A program made the translations under genes and the position numbers. The notes below the pieces were generated by a model. It saw nothing but the letters and a program-made list of their open reading frames with translations, did no database searches and was not told the origin of the DNA. 64,000 nucleotides of DNA from Schmidtea polychroa (Eukaryota). Below are positions 36,148 through 47,883 of the stretch, in pieces; positions within the stretch are counted from its first letter, which is position 1; every line of letters begins with the position of its first letter. Location of the stretch: positions 16,804,001 to 16,868,000 of the forward strand of contig CM097885.1 of NCBI GenBank assembly GCA_044892525.1, written 5' to 3'.

Positions 36148-39100
36148 ATGAATATTATCAATTTTCAAATTTTGAATATGTATAATTGTAACATGTGTAA
36201 TAAAAGATTTAAAAATAGAACAGCACTAATATCACATGAAAAATCTAAAGAGCATTTATTAAAGACGGTTGGACTAAATGATTCAAACTCAAAACTTTGT
36301 CCTAAATGTAAACAAAGATATTTACTTTTAGGATATGATAAACATTTTAAAAACTGTAGTGGGATTAAAAGAAATAGAAAAAAATTTGAATGCCCTATAT
36401 GTAGATCAAAATTCACCACAGAATCTTATTATTTAAAACATTTAAAAGAATGTGCTATTGTTAAAAGAGATCCTGAAGACCTTGAAGAAGAAGATATAAA
36501 AGTTAGAGAAGAAGAAAAAGAATATGAAGAAGAAGAGATTGAAAAAGAAAAAAATAATTGGGACAACTTTAACCATGTAGATAAATTTGAACAAACATTT
36601 ATATCCTCTTCATCTTTAGAGTATATAAATAAAAATAAAAAAAACATAAAAAAATCAATGGAAGATGCTATAAAAAAATTTGGTAAATCAAGATTTAATA
36701 TTATTAAATATAAAATTAGAATCCATTCAAGATATTGGAGAGGAGAAGATATAAACACAACACTCTTGGATGCTATAATTGAAACATCTTATGATTATTT
36801 ATTCTCAACCGATGGATTTAATAAAAAAATCAAAGAGATTATTCATAAAGTTGCAGATGAGCATAGAGTGGTTGAACAAGAATTAGGAGAGTCAAACCTA
36901 AAATTCCTTTCATTTCAATCACTTGAAATTGAATATTGGAGAGGAGCACCTCCAAATCCTAAATCATATATCCCTACTCCCTTTACTTCTATTCACATAA
37001 TAAATATTCGAAATAAGGATAATAAATGTTTCCAATGGTCAATCCTTGCACACTTACATCCTCAAGAAAATCATAAAGAAAGACCTGCAAAATATAAGCA
37101 ATATGAAAATGAATTAATATATCCAAAAGGATTTAAACACCCGATGAAGATTGAATACATTCCAATTTTTGAAAAATTAAATAATATTAAACTTAGCATT
37201 TATGAATACATTTGCCAGGTGGGTGATAGGAAACATATTATTCCTATCCATGTTTCAGATAGAGAATTATCAGAACAAGATAGAAATAGAGAAATATATC
37301 TTTTAATATTACAAGAACATAAAAGAGAACAAGTCTATAAGGAATATGATGATCTGGATGAGGAAGAACAATATTTAAATATTGAAGATGATCAAGAAGA
37401 AGACCTTGAAGAGGAAGATGAGGGGAAACAACATTATATTCTAATAAAAAACTTTAAAAGCTTTATGAGATCGAAAAATCACCACAGTGGTGGAACAACA
37501 TGTAAACGGTGTTTATATTATTCAGCTTCAGACATTGCAGAATTTAAACATGAAAGATTATGTTGTAAGAACTTGCCAGCATTAATTAAAATGCCGAGTA
37601 AGGAAAAATCTAACATGCATTTTAAAAACTTTTCAAACCTATTAGAAACAATAGGAGTAATATATGGAGACTTTGAGGCAATTAACATAAAACAGGATTT
37701 AGACCAAGAATATTTAAAAATAATAGAAAAAAATAATTTATTAGACTCTTGGAACCAAAGGACTGAAGGGATCTCCATGAAAAACTTTTTAAAATTAAAT
37801 AATAAATCATACACCATAAAACTAACAAAACAGGTAGCATCAACATATAAATTATTTTTTAAAAGTAATTACCCAGACCTCATAGAATCTGAAGAATTTT
37901 CATTTAGAGGATCCTCAGAAGAAGAAACTCTAAATCATTTTACTAAAGACATAAATGATTTAGAACATAAAATTTTTAAAACTTTAAAAACAAACTTTCC
38001 AATAAATTTTCAGAACAACAATGGGAAGAATATGAAAATTGCACAACTTGCTGGATGTGCAAACGGCTATTTGAGGATCAACTCTTTGAGAATCCTGAAG
38101 GTCTTCCCGAGTCTATTGAAGAAGAAGAACAAAGATTATTTCATCAACAACAAACTCAAAACATAAAAGTTCCTGATCATGACCACTTTAAAAAAGAAAA
38201 TAATTATAGAGGAGCAGCCCATAAGAATTGTAATATAAATTGTAAAAGACCTGCATTTGTACCAGTTATATTTCACAATCTTTTTGGTTATGACATCCAC
38301 CTATTTATAAAATGTCTAGCTGTAAATGCTAAAAATTCCTTTAAAGTCATAGGTTTGACAAAAGAAAAATATAAATGTGTTCAATATGGACGACTAAAAT
38401 TTATAGATTCATTAAACTTTCTATCAATGTCCTTGGATGGAATAGCAAAAACTATGAAACCTGAAGACTTCACCCACACAATTGAAAAAGTATTAGTAAA
38501 AAATAATATTCCCCAGGAGGAATATAAAACCTGTTTGGCAAAAGGAATCTATCCTTATGATTACATCAACTCATTTGATTGTTATAATGAAACATCTTTA
38601 CCCCCTCAAGACTTGTTTTTTTCAATATTAAATCAAACGGATATAAGCGATCAAGAATATGCCCGAGGGAATAAAATGTGGGAACTTTTCAAATGTAAAA
38701 ACATTGGGGATTATACTGACATGTATTTATCCCTTGATGTTTATATCCTTGCAGATTGTTTCGAGGGATTCACAAAAGCCTTTACTCTTAAACCTTATAA
38801 TTATATAACATCTCCATCTTTAGCTTGGGATATATCATTATATACAATGTGGGCCTCTGGAACAGAGTCCATAGAACTATTAACTGAAATCGACATGTTT
38901 AATGTACTTAAAGAAAATATTCGTGGAGGTGTTAGCTCCGTGATGGGAGATAGAAATATAACTGCAAACAACTTTATATCTCTATACAAGAAATTCTTTA
39001 GTGAATATCCTGAAGCAAATGCTATAGAAATAAAAACCGATGAGGATTTAAATTTCATAATGGAAGGTTTAAATAATCCATCAGAGATTATGTATATAGA

Positions 39101-40616
39101 TGCAACAGCTTTATATTCAGGAATAATGACTCAATACCTTCCAATTGATAACTTCATTCAGGTGGATATCCCCACGGAGGCTGATCTCCTAAGAAAACTT
39201 ATGAATGAAATATTATCAACTGAAAAAGATTCAGAAGTGGGATATATAATAGAATGTGATTTAGAATATCCTAATGATATAAAATATGTAACTAGATACT
39301 TTCCATTTGCGCCAGTGAAAAGAAAAGTAGATTCTAATGAATTATCACCCCAACAAGATAGACCTACAACTGTAAAACTTTTATGTGATCAAACTGATAA
39401 AACTTGGTATCTTTGTCATTATAGATTATTACAATTTTATCTTTCACATGGAATGAAAATAAAAAATATACATTCTATAATAAAGTTTAGACAACTTCCA
39501 TTCATGAAAACCTTTATAGAGGGAAATATTAAATCTAGGAATGAAGCAAAAAGAAATGGAAACGCTTTCCTTGATATGATTTATAAACTTTTAAATAATT
39601 CAGTCTTTGGAAAGACAATGGAAAATGTTGACAAATATACTCGTGTAGAATTATTGACAAATAGTTCAAAGGATTTTGCAAGGTATAATCGAATGCTTTC
39701 AAAACCTACATTTAAAAATGCAGAAGTATTCTCAGAGAACCTTGTAGCCGTTGAACTAAAAAATAGTGAAAAGACTTATAACAAACCAATCTTTATAGGC
39801 TTTACCATTTTAGAATTATCAAAACTTCAAATGTATGAAACCTATTATGATATTCTACTACCACATTTTAAAAATAGAATATCTATGCATGCATTGGATA
39901 CCGACAGTATGTTTTTAAAAATATATACTAAAAACCTAAAAGAGGAAATATCTGAAAATGAAATCCTAAGGAATTAAATAAATTCATCAGGAGAATTATT
40001 CACCTTTAAAGATGAAAAGCCAAATACAGCAATAATTGATGCTGTCTTTATTAGATCTAAACAATATTCACTAGAAATGATTGAAGCCCCAAAGATTGAA
40101 ACCCATTCAATTAAAATCATGGATCAAACATTTGATATACCAGTATTAATACCTTCAAAACTTAAAACATCTAAAGATAATAAAAATAAAGGTATACAGA
40201 AATCAGTTTCTAGAACTATACCCCATCAAGACTATAAGGATATTCTAAATAAAAATCAACCAGATAAAATAGTTGAGGTTCATCAACTTAAATCTGAAAA
40301 GCATAACATGTATTTATAAGAATCAAATAAAATATCATTATCTAATTATGATGATAAGAGGTATATTTTATCAGATTTAAAAAAGACACTTCCAATTGGA
40401 AATGATATGATTCCTCATATAAAAAATTTAAAGAACATTTCAGATCTTCAACTGTATGAACTTCGAATACTTTACCCTGAAAGCCGAAATAACTATTTGG
40501 AATTACATCTTGAACAAAATCCTATAAACCTAAATGATTACATCTTAGACGTTAAAACCATATCATCTTCAGTCATCAATGAAGGAAAGTCTCTGGAAGT
40601 CATTCTGAAAGCTTAA
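36148..40616 (+). pseudogene. Polinton B pPolB with three N-terminal zinc fingers and an endo-VII-like insert; frameshift ~38010, stops at 39975 and 40317
   Basis: CNMC..H..H and CPKC/CPIC fingers; IYGDFEA, DHDH...YRGAAHKNCN, FHNLFGYD, KGIYPY, YIDATALYS, KLLNNSVFGKTMEN, LDTDS, FKDE, YDDKR. Confidence 0.95.
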
Positions 40617-41044
40617 AAATGACTGAAATACCCTTAAAATCCATTTTTGAAAACTTAAAGTCTTTAACAGATGACAAAGTATTGATTGATATTATTAAAG
40701 CTTTGAATAAATTAAAAAACAAACCATCTGTTTCAATAATAAAAATTTTTTCTTTTATAGTTATAACATCTTTTTTATTTTCTCTTTTATTTTCTTTTGG
40801 TTTACCTTGGCTAAAGTCTTTCTGGCTTTAATCTCTTTATGGACTTCGTTCAACTGTTGTTTTAGATGATCTCTTTCAATCTCGATATCATTTATAATCC
40901 AAAGTAATACAGGCTCTCGAATGGCAAGTTGCACAGTGAGCAAGGCTTTATCCTCTGAAGATTTCTCATTATATTCTTTTAATGCAAGACTTGATTGCTT
41001 TTTAATAATAGGATTACTTTTTATCAAATTTAAAACACGTTCAT

Positions 41045-41491
41045 TCATTTATTAAAGCTTTTAAACATGATACTAGTTCGATCTAAAATATCTTCAACAT
41101 CTTCAGGTTCAGTTGTAGAGACTCCTGTTCCAGAGGCTAAAGGATCTTTTCTTTGACCTTCGGACCTTTTATATTTCTTAGACTTGATGCATTTATGATT
41201 TTGTTGAAGTACATTAGTTGAACAATCATTACAATAAACACCCTTTTTCTCTATAACCCTCTTCTTTTTATTTGCATGCCTATAAGGAGAATCAATTCCT
41301 AAATCTTTTCTAATTCTTCTCATTGTAGAATCTGAAGTACCAATCATTTTACAAATTTGAGTTTGAGAAAAAGTAGGGTTTTCACTCTTTATTCTAGCAA
41401 ATTCAAAAGCCTTCTCTTTTTGTTGAATCTTATTTAATATTAAAGGATCAATTATTGAAAGTTGTTCAATTTTTTTTATAAAGCCATCCAT
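41045..41491 (-). CDS. Polinton B small helix-turn-helix protein
   Basis: SQTQICKMIGTSDSTMRRIRKDLG HTH-like pattern plus a CxxC..H.C cluster; part of a tightly overlapping run of minus-strand ORFs (40761-41702). Confidence 0.55.
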   Translation of the reverse strand: MDGFIKKIEQLSIIDPLILNKIQQKEKAFEFARIKSENPTFSQTQICKMIGTSDSTMRRIRKDLGIDSPYRHANKKKRVIEKKGVYCNDCSTNVLQQNHKCIKSKKYKRSEGQRKDPLASGTGVSTTEPEDVEDILDRTSIMFKSFNK

Positions 41492-41738
41492 TTATTAGTT
41501 GAGGAAATAAAGCAAAATAATATTCTCCTTTTCCAATTTGGTCTTGTATACTTAAAGATTTAAAGTCATTTATTTTATTTAAATAATCAGGGTCATTAAT
41601 TCCTACAAGATAAAATATATAACACTTTTCACCTATTCTAATTTTATCCTCTAATGATAAACTTCTAAAATCATTCAATCTAGATTTCATTATTTCTTCC
41701 ATTTTTTAAATTAAAAATTATACAGGTCTTACGAAGTC

Positions 41739-42287
41739 TTACGTCGAAGTCTTTAACCATTTCTCTTGTTGTATTTTTTTAGAATATTCATCACCTTTAA
41801 CCTTTGTAGTTTTCAACTTTATAACTTCATTTTTAATATCCCTTATTATTTGATTTGATTTCATTATTTCTTCATCTGTTAGGATTCCATCTTCCAAGGC
41901 TTTTAATTGAAATAAAAATAATTTTGATATCCCCAAGTCGATTGTCAAACAAACTTCACGATATAAACTTTTCTTTTTTGAAGTATAAGATAAAGAAAGT
42001 ATTTCAGTCAAGAAAGAATCTGCAACAGAAATACTTCCAAGTATTACGGGTGCAAGAGTAACAACTGGTAAAGTTATAGGTAAAACAATTGTAAGTATTG
42101 CAGATGAAAATCATAAGGAGTAACCTATAATCTTTAAAGCTGTATTCCCTTTATTCCATCTTTTTTTAATTTTTTTATAATGCTTCAGTAAGTCTTGTAA
42201 ATGTAAAGTTTCTGATTTAAATTCTTTCACTCTCATGACTTCAAGTTCTGTAGGAGCTGATGGAATCTTTGGATATCTTGTTTCCAT
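41739..42287 (-). pseudogene. Polinton B membrane protein with a central hydrophobic hairpin; one internal stop (42111-42113)
   Basis: METRYPKIPSAPTE...ALKIIGYSL*FSSAILTIVLPITLPVVTLAPVILGSISVA...KALEDGILTDEEI read in one frame. Confidence 0.65.
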
Positions 42288-42295
42288 TTTAATAA

Positions 42296-43144
42296 TTAAA
42301 AAAATAAGACTTTATTATTTGGTACCAACGCTCGCATATCATAAGAAACTCTTTTTGAGAGAATGTCTTTATACAATTCTATCAACGCTTTACGAACTTC
42401 ATCAACATCAACCTTTTTTTCATAAAATATTAAATCTATATATTGTACAAGTGTGCTTTTAAAAATAATATTCTTACTTTTAACTTTATGTGTTTTATGT
42501 GAATCAGTTTTGTCATGCCAATGTCCATGTGGTAAATCATAACCAGTTATTATAACGTCATTCTTTTCAAACTTACTATTATAATCACATTTTACAAACC
42601 ATTTCATTGTTTCACCATCATCATTAAATAAAAAGAAATAAGGATCAATAATCTTTACAACCATAAAACAAGACCATTCTTTACTATTTGTAATTATTAA
42701 AGTTGGTTCTATAAAATGTTTATATCTATTGGGTAATAATGTATTATTCTGTTCTAATTCAGCAGCTCTTTTTCTAATAGTGTGTGTTGTGTTAATGTGT
42801 GTTGTATGAGACTCTAATTTAACAAGTCTTACATTAAATGATGTAATCATCTCATTTATTATATTATATATTGTATTAATTTTATTATCCATAAGTTGTT
42901 TATTAAGCTTGGATTCTATAGAATTACTCGATTTAGGAAACTTAAGCTTTTCATCTACATATTTTTTATTAGCTGCATCAAAATCATTAATTGGAGAAGA
43001 TAATTCTTTTATCTTGTGTCCATTTAAACTTAAATCACCCTTCATTGAATCTCCTTTTTCATTAACAAATCTTTTTTCTGTAAGAGCTATAACATCTTCA
43101 TCTTTTAATCCATCATTATATAATCCTAATTTATTATAATTCAT
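42296..43144 (-). CDS. Putative fibre/spike-like protein of Polinton B
   Basis: Intact 282 aa; GDSMKGDLSLNGHKIKELSSP..DFDAANKKYVD motif typical of trimeric fibre/adhesin shafts, then coiled coil and a beta-rich head; directly downstream of the penton. Confidence 0.6.
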   Translation of the reverse strand: MNYNKLGLYNDGLKDEDVIALTEKRFVNEKGDSMKGDLSLNGHKIKELSSPINDFDAANKKYVDEKLKFPKSSNSIESKLNKQLMDNKINTIYNIINEMITSFNVRLVKLESHTTHINTTHTIRKRAAELEQNNTLLPNRYKHFIEPTLIITNSKEWSCFMVVKIIDPYFFLFNDDGETMKWFVKCDYNSKFEKNDVIITGYDLPHGHWHDKTDSHKTHKVKSKNIIFKSTLVQYIDLIFYEKKVDVDEVRKALIELYKDILSKRVSYDMRALVPNNKVLFF

Positions 43145-43146
43145 TT

Positions 43147-43899
43147 TTATAGTAATAATCTAACTTGTTTCAAATGTAAACACAATGAAATCTTTTCTCC
43201 ATTAAAATTAATCAATTTCCCATTTTCATCAACAATTTTAAAACTAATACTCATCAAGTTTTTTCTACATAAAGGTAAATAGTTTGGAGGATTCATTCTT
43301 TCAACCATTTTATATCCAACTCGAACATTAGAAGGAAAGGAATATAAAATATTTGCATGTTTACCATTATTATATGAACCCGTTATACAATCACACTCTA
43401 TATTTATAGAATTTGTATTTGTTATTTGAATAATATTTTTAGATTTAATAGGTGACTCACCACTATTATATTTTTTAACTTCAAAACCTAAAATAGTATG
43501 AAAGAAACTAGAAGCTTCAATATTAAGTCCAATATTTTTTTTTAAAGTCATAATATATTTTGAAGTTGGAAAATCTACTTTTATTTCTATATTTCCATTT
43601 GTTTCTTTTAAAATTGTTTTAGCTAAATCCATTAATTCATATGCTCCTGGTTCAATTGTTGTACCCGTGTATACACCAAAGCCCTCCTCCTCATTATCTT
43701 GCTTCTTATATACAGTAAAGTTATTATTATTATTATTTATATTAAAAATAGTATTAAAACAGCTAAACCACAAGAGTGCTAATTCATAATTTAAATTTTG
43801 ATCTAAATTTATTGAATCTTCAAAATTTATAGTAAAATCTGATTCATTTGAATTTACTAATAAACTTCTTGAATATTTATCTGACATTATGTTTACCAT
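43147..43899 (-). CDS. Polinton B minor capsid (penton-like) protein
   Basis: IEPGAYEL, INIECDCITGSYNNG...ILYSF, YLPL...ISFKIVDENGKLINFNGEKISLCLHLK. Confidence 0.85.
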   Translation of the reverse strand: MVNIMSDKYSRSLLVNSNESDFTINFEDSINLDQNLNYELALLWFSCFNTIFNINNNNNNFTVYKKQDNEEEGFGVYTGTTIEPGAYELMDLAKTILKETNGNIEIKVDFPTSKYIMTLKKNIGLNIEASSFFHTILGFEVKKYNSGESPIKSKNIIQITNTNSINIECDCITGSYNNGKHANILYSFPSNVRVGYKMVERMNPPNYLPLCRKNLMSISFKIVDENGKLINFNGEKISLCLHLKQVRLLL

Positions 43900-43921
43900 T
43901 TTTTAAAATTATCTTCCATTT

Positions 43922-44311
43922 TTATAATAGAGGTTTTAGATCATTATAAATTTCTTGGATTATAGATTCAAAGCCCTCTCCTTTGGACACATTCAATCTA
44001 TACAAAACATATAAACTTAAAATACCACATATTTTAGTATTATTAGGTTGAACTTGTAAAGAATTAAAGGTGTAGCCTTTTTCAAGATAGTCTTCTACTT
44101 CTTTATTAGGTTTAATCCCAAAAGAATCAAAGTATATAGATTTATTATATATACAAACCCAATGAGATCCTTTTTCATTTGAATCTTGATAATTGATTAT
44201 TATATTATCCTTTAGTCCTTTCAGACTTGACAATTCATCATTCATTAATATTTTAATTTTTAAATTTAAATAATCTGCATAATCTTTTAAATCAAAATTT
44301 GTTTTTTACAT
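43922..44311 (-). pseudogene. Adenain-like cysteine maturation protease (stop at codon 2; downstream 107 aa open)
   Basis: IINYQD...GSHWVC, YFDSFG, QVQ...ICG catalytic H-D-Q-C pattern. Confidence 0.9.
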
Positions 44312-44352
44312 TTATTCCAAATGTTTTTAAAAAATCTAATATCTTCGGAGGA

Positions 44353-45168
44353 CTAGTCATTTGTATATTTATTAAATTTATCTTTTGAAATTATTCCTTG
44401 TTTAAATAAATCTTTTGAAATCTTTAAAATATCAGAATTTAAATTATTATGTCCTGCTTTTTTAGCAGCTAATAGTTTTCTCAATTCTATAAACTTAGAG
44501 ATTGGATCTATCCCCTCACCCTCTTTAACAATATAACCCCTTTCATTTTTATTTAAATAATTCTTTAAATCTTGAATATGTTTTGCTTTTGGACTACCTC
44601 TTATTAATTTTATAAAATTTAAATATTTTTCAATTTCTTTAATATCATCTGAAGGATATCCACAAATTAATCTATAAAAATCATCTGTAAATTCAAAGTC
44701 TAAATATTCATAATTATAAACATTTTGTGAATGAATATGTGATTTATTTTCTGGAGTTATATATAAAGTAAAGTTTTGTTTATTAATTGTTATAATTTGA
44801 TATCCTTCAGGATTAATATTAAATATAGGTTTAATTGTTTCACTTAAACCCTCTCTAATTTTAGGATCAACTTTAAGAGGTTTTGTTTTTAAAAACATTT
44901 CTTCTTCTTCTACACTTGAGAGTTTTCTACGTTTTCTTTGATTCCTTTAAGTTGGTCCTTCTATGGCTTTAATACTTGGATTCTCTATAGTTTTAGGCTT
45001 TATGGCTTCTATAGCTTTAATTATTGGTTGTTGTTGTTGTGTCATTTCTTCATTTGCTGTTATAGATTCACTATGTTGGGTTATATCTTTTATATCATAC
45101 TTGTCTTGTTCTGATTGTAATTTTTTTAAAAGTGCTAATCTTTCTTCATATACCATTTTATATACCAT
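44353..45168 (-). pseudogene. Polinton B uncharacterised protein (in-frame stop at 44947)
   Basis: Two track ORFs lie in the same frame; C-terminal LRKLLAAKKAGHNN...I...L...GII resembles a recurrent Polinton motif. Confidence 0.55.
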
Positions 45169-45172
45169 CAAT

Positions 45173-45730
45173 TTACCATTCTTCTTCTTCTTCTTCAGAT
45201 TCTGATTCAACAAGTTGTAAATATAAACCTTTACCATTTTTAAGTTTACAAAGGCATCCTTTCTTCAAAGATTTACACATTTTTTTAAAATCATCTTTAT
45301 CTTTTGATGATAAAGATTCAGATGTTGAAATTTGATTTTTTAAAAAATCATTTAAACCTCTGCCTTTATATGGATCAAGATAGAGACCTTTGCCCTGATA
45401 TGGATTGAGATAGAGACCTTTTCCTTTAGCTTGCCCTACCTTCATTTTCTCGATTTCAGTTTGTAGTTTTTCTTTTTCAAGGTCTGTCTTTTGAGATTCT
45501 TTAGCTTTTTGAACTGTAGTTGCAATTCCTCCAGCTATTCCAGCAGCACCTGATAAAGCAGCAATGATTGCAGGTATTAAAGCAGCTAATGGAAGAATGC
45601 CACCTTCTCTAATACGTTCTTTAACTTGTTCTTTTACATGTTTTCCAATAAAATATTTTTTACCATCAATTACTACTGATTTATTTTTATTTGAATTTAT
45701 TAATTCTTGTAAAGATTCTTCAGTTGTCAT
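45173..45730 (-). CDS. pX-like core/membrane-active precursor
   Basis: REGGILPLAALIPAIIAALSGAAGIAG resembles the adenovirus pX tail; repeated GKGLYL motifs. Confidence 0.7.
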   Translation of the reverse strand: MTTEESLQELINSNKNKSVVIDGKKYFIGKHVKEQVKERIREGGILPLAALIPAIIAALSGAAGIAGGIATTVQKAKESQKTDLEKEKLQTEIEKMKVGQAKGKGLYLNPYQGKGLYLDPYKGRGLNDFLKNQISTSESLSSKDKDDFKKMCKSLKKGCLCKLKNGKGLYLQLVESESEEEEEEW

Positions 45731-45746
45731 TTTATAATAAATAAAA

Positions 45747-46505
45747 ATGGATATTTGGAAACCAATTTTAAATCGACACAAGAGTAAATTTAATAATAAA
45801 TTATTTCCTGATAATTTTAGATTATTAATCGTTGGGTCTTCAGGATGTGGTAAGAATGTACTTCTTTTGAGAATATTACTAGAAGAAGGTTTTTTAGATT
45901 ATAATAATTTAATCTTTTATTCTACAACCATAAATCAACCAGAGTTACAACTTTTGAAATGTGGATTTGAAAATAAATTAACTAAAAAAGTTATAATTGA
46001 TATTTTTAAAAATCAACATAGATGTCCTGACGAGGTTTTTCAACCTTGTGATATGATTGATTGGTATAAGGAAAAGATTTTAGAATCAGATATTGATAAT
46101 AAAAGTGATTACATTTCTGAAAATGAACCTGAAGATGTTTTACATTGTGATTTACTTCCTAAAGATGTAAAGAATCTAGTTATATTTGATGATGTTGTCA
46201 ATATGAAAAACCAAGAGATTCAAAAGAGTTACTTTACACGAGGTCGACATAATAATTGTAATGTTATTTATATATCTCAAACCTATTATGCTTTGGATAA
46301 AAACTCTATAAGAAATAATTCTAATTGTTTTATATTTTTTAAATTAGAAAAGCGTGATAAGAATATGATTTATAGTGATTTATTTTCAAATGTTGAACCT
46401 GATAAGCAAATGTTTGATATGTTTGTTGATAATCATTGGAAAGAAAAATATAATTATATTTATTTGGATAGAGAAGAAACTGAAATATGGAAATGTTTAT
46501 TTTAG
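45747..46505 (+). CDS. Polinton B packaging ATPase
   Basis: GSSGCGKN Walker A variant, LVIFDD, FTRGRHNNCNVIYISQTY, SIRNN. Confidence 0.92.
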   Translation: MDIWKPILNRHKSKFNNKLFPDNFRLLIVGSSGCGKNVLLLRILLEEGFLDYNNLIFYSTTINQPELQLLKCGFENKLTKKVIIDIFKNQHRCPDEVFQPCDMIDWYKEKILESDIDNKSDYISENEPEDVLHCDLLPKDVKNLVIFDDVVNMKNQEIQKSYFTRGRHNNCNVIYISQTYYALDKNSIRNNSNCFIFFKLEKRDKNMIYSDLFSNVEPDKQMFDMFVDNHWKEKYNYIYLDREETEIWKCLF

Positions 46506-46516
46506 AGCTTGTCGAC

Positions 46517-47867
46517 TTAGAAATCTGTTTTCTGTAGTTCATTATTATAAAATCTACCTAATATTTTTTCATTATTTAAATCAATGATGCTATATGTTAT
46601 TGGAATTGTATAATGTATTTTATTTATAATAAAAATTTCATTTGTCCATTTTGCTGTGAATCCTTTTTCAAATTTATTTTTATATTTAAATATTCTTACT
46701 CGGTCACCAATTTTAAACTTTGGTTTTTCATTTACCACTTTAACGGTTTCAGGATTTATAAGTTTTAAAGGATTCAAGGAAGCATTTAAAGGTGTTGATT
46801 TTATAGAACTATGTACATCATTATTATATTCATTTACAATCTTTTGTAACAATTCATTGTTCCATTTTTGTTTTCCAATAGCAGTAAAATATTTCCACAT
46901 TTTATTTTTTAATGTTCTATTTAATCTTTCAACTACGACTGCTTTTCCTTCGTTTTCTGTTGAATATAATTTAATATCATTTTCATTTAAAAACTTTGTT
47001 ATAAAATTCTGTTCTTTTATCACACCATAAATATTTTGGAATTCTTTGATGTTCTTCAAATATATTTTCAAATGCTTCTGTAATTGAATATCCTGTTTTG
47101 CTTTCTAAACATCTTGCAAAAGCAAATCTTGTATATAAATCTATTACTGTTAAAATTATTTTATATTTTTCAGGGTCTGATGATTTTGTTGGCATAAAGA
47201 CTAAATCTGCAGACCATGTTTGATCTTTTTCATGTACTTGAACTTTTAAATATTTTTTATTTTTTCTAAATTCATAGTGAAATTCGTTGGCATATTTTAT
47301 TTGTGATTCTGTTGGGAATAATAAACTAGTCTTGGATGCACTCTCGAGTTGATTCTCAATCTCTGCTTGTTGAATAATCTTTTTATTAGCAACATCTTTT
47401 GCTATTCTAGGGTGTCCGGCTCCAAAGAAGATCTTACCTTTCATTGCTAATTTAACTAGAGCTCTTTGAATCTTTTCTTGGGTTGATGGGTTTTGAATAC
47501 TATTTAAATCATGTATTAAATTAACATCTGCAAGATGTCTATCCCTAAGGTCTTGAGAATAATAAGCAATATCATGTTTTAAAGCTGCTTGATCAATTCT
47601 ATTCACTGGTTCTTCTCCGGGTTTGGGATTATTATTTTCATCAAGTCTAATATCTAGACGTGTTCCTGGTCCAGTATAGTTGTGATGGAATAAATGTCTT
47701 TCACTTGGATATTTTTCAGTAGTAAAGGGTTTTAATATTGAAGATGTTTTTTTGAAGATTGTAGGTCACCACCAACTCGAGATGTATGTTTTTTTAGTTT
47801 TAACATGACTTGCTTTATGATGTTTTCTAACTTGACAATTACAAATTTCACATTTCCAATAAGACAT
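46517..47867 (-). pseudogene. Zn finger - parvovirus-type PLA2 - rve integrase gene; disrupted near 47766 and ~46990
   Basis: CEICNC...H...; NYTGPGT...PVNRIDQAALKHDIAY; WSADL, VIDLYTRFA, LWCDKRTEFYN; KAVVVERLNRTLK; FKIGDRVRI; GRFYNNELQ; no chromodomain. Confidence 0.9.
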
Positions 47868-47883
47868 TTTTAAAAGTTAAAAA

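Noticed and set aside
38000..38060. Programmed frameshift in pPolB B
   Set aside because: The element has many other stops and indels; decay or assembly error is the simpler explanation
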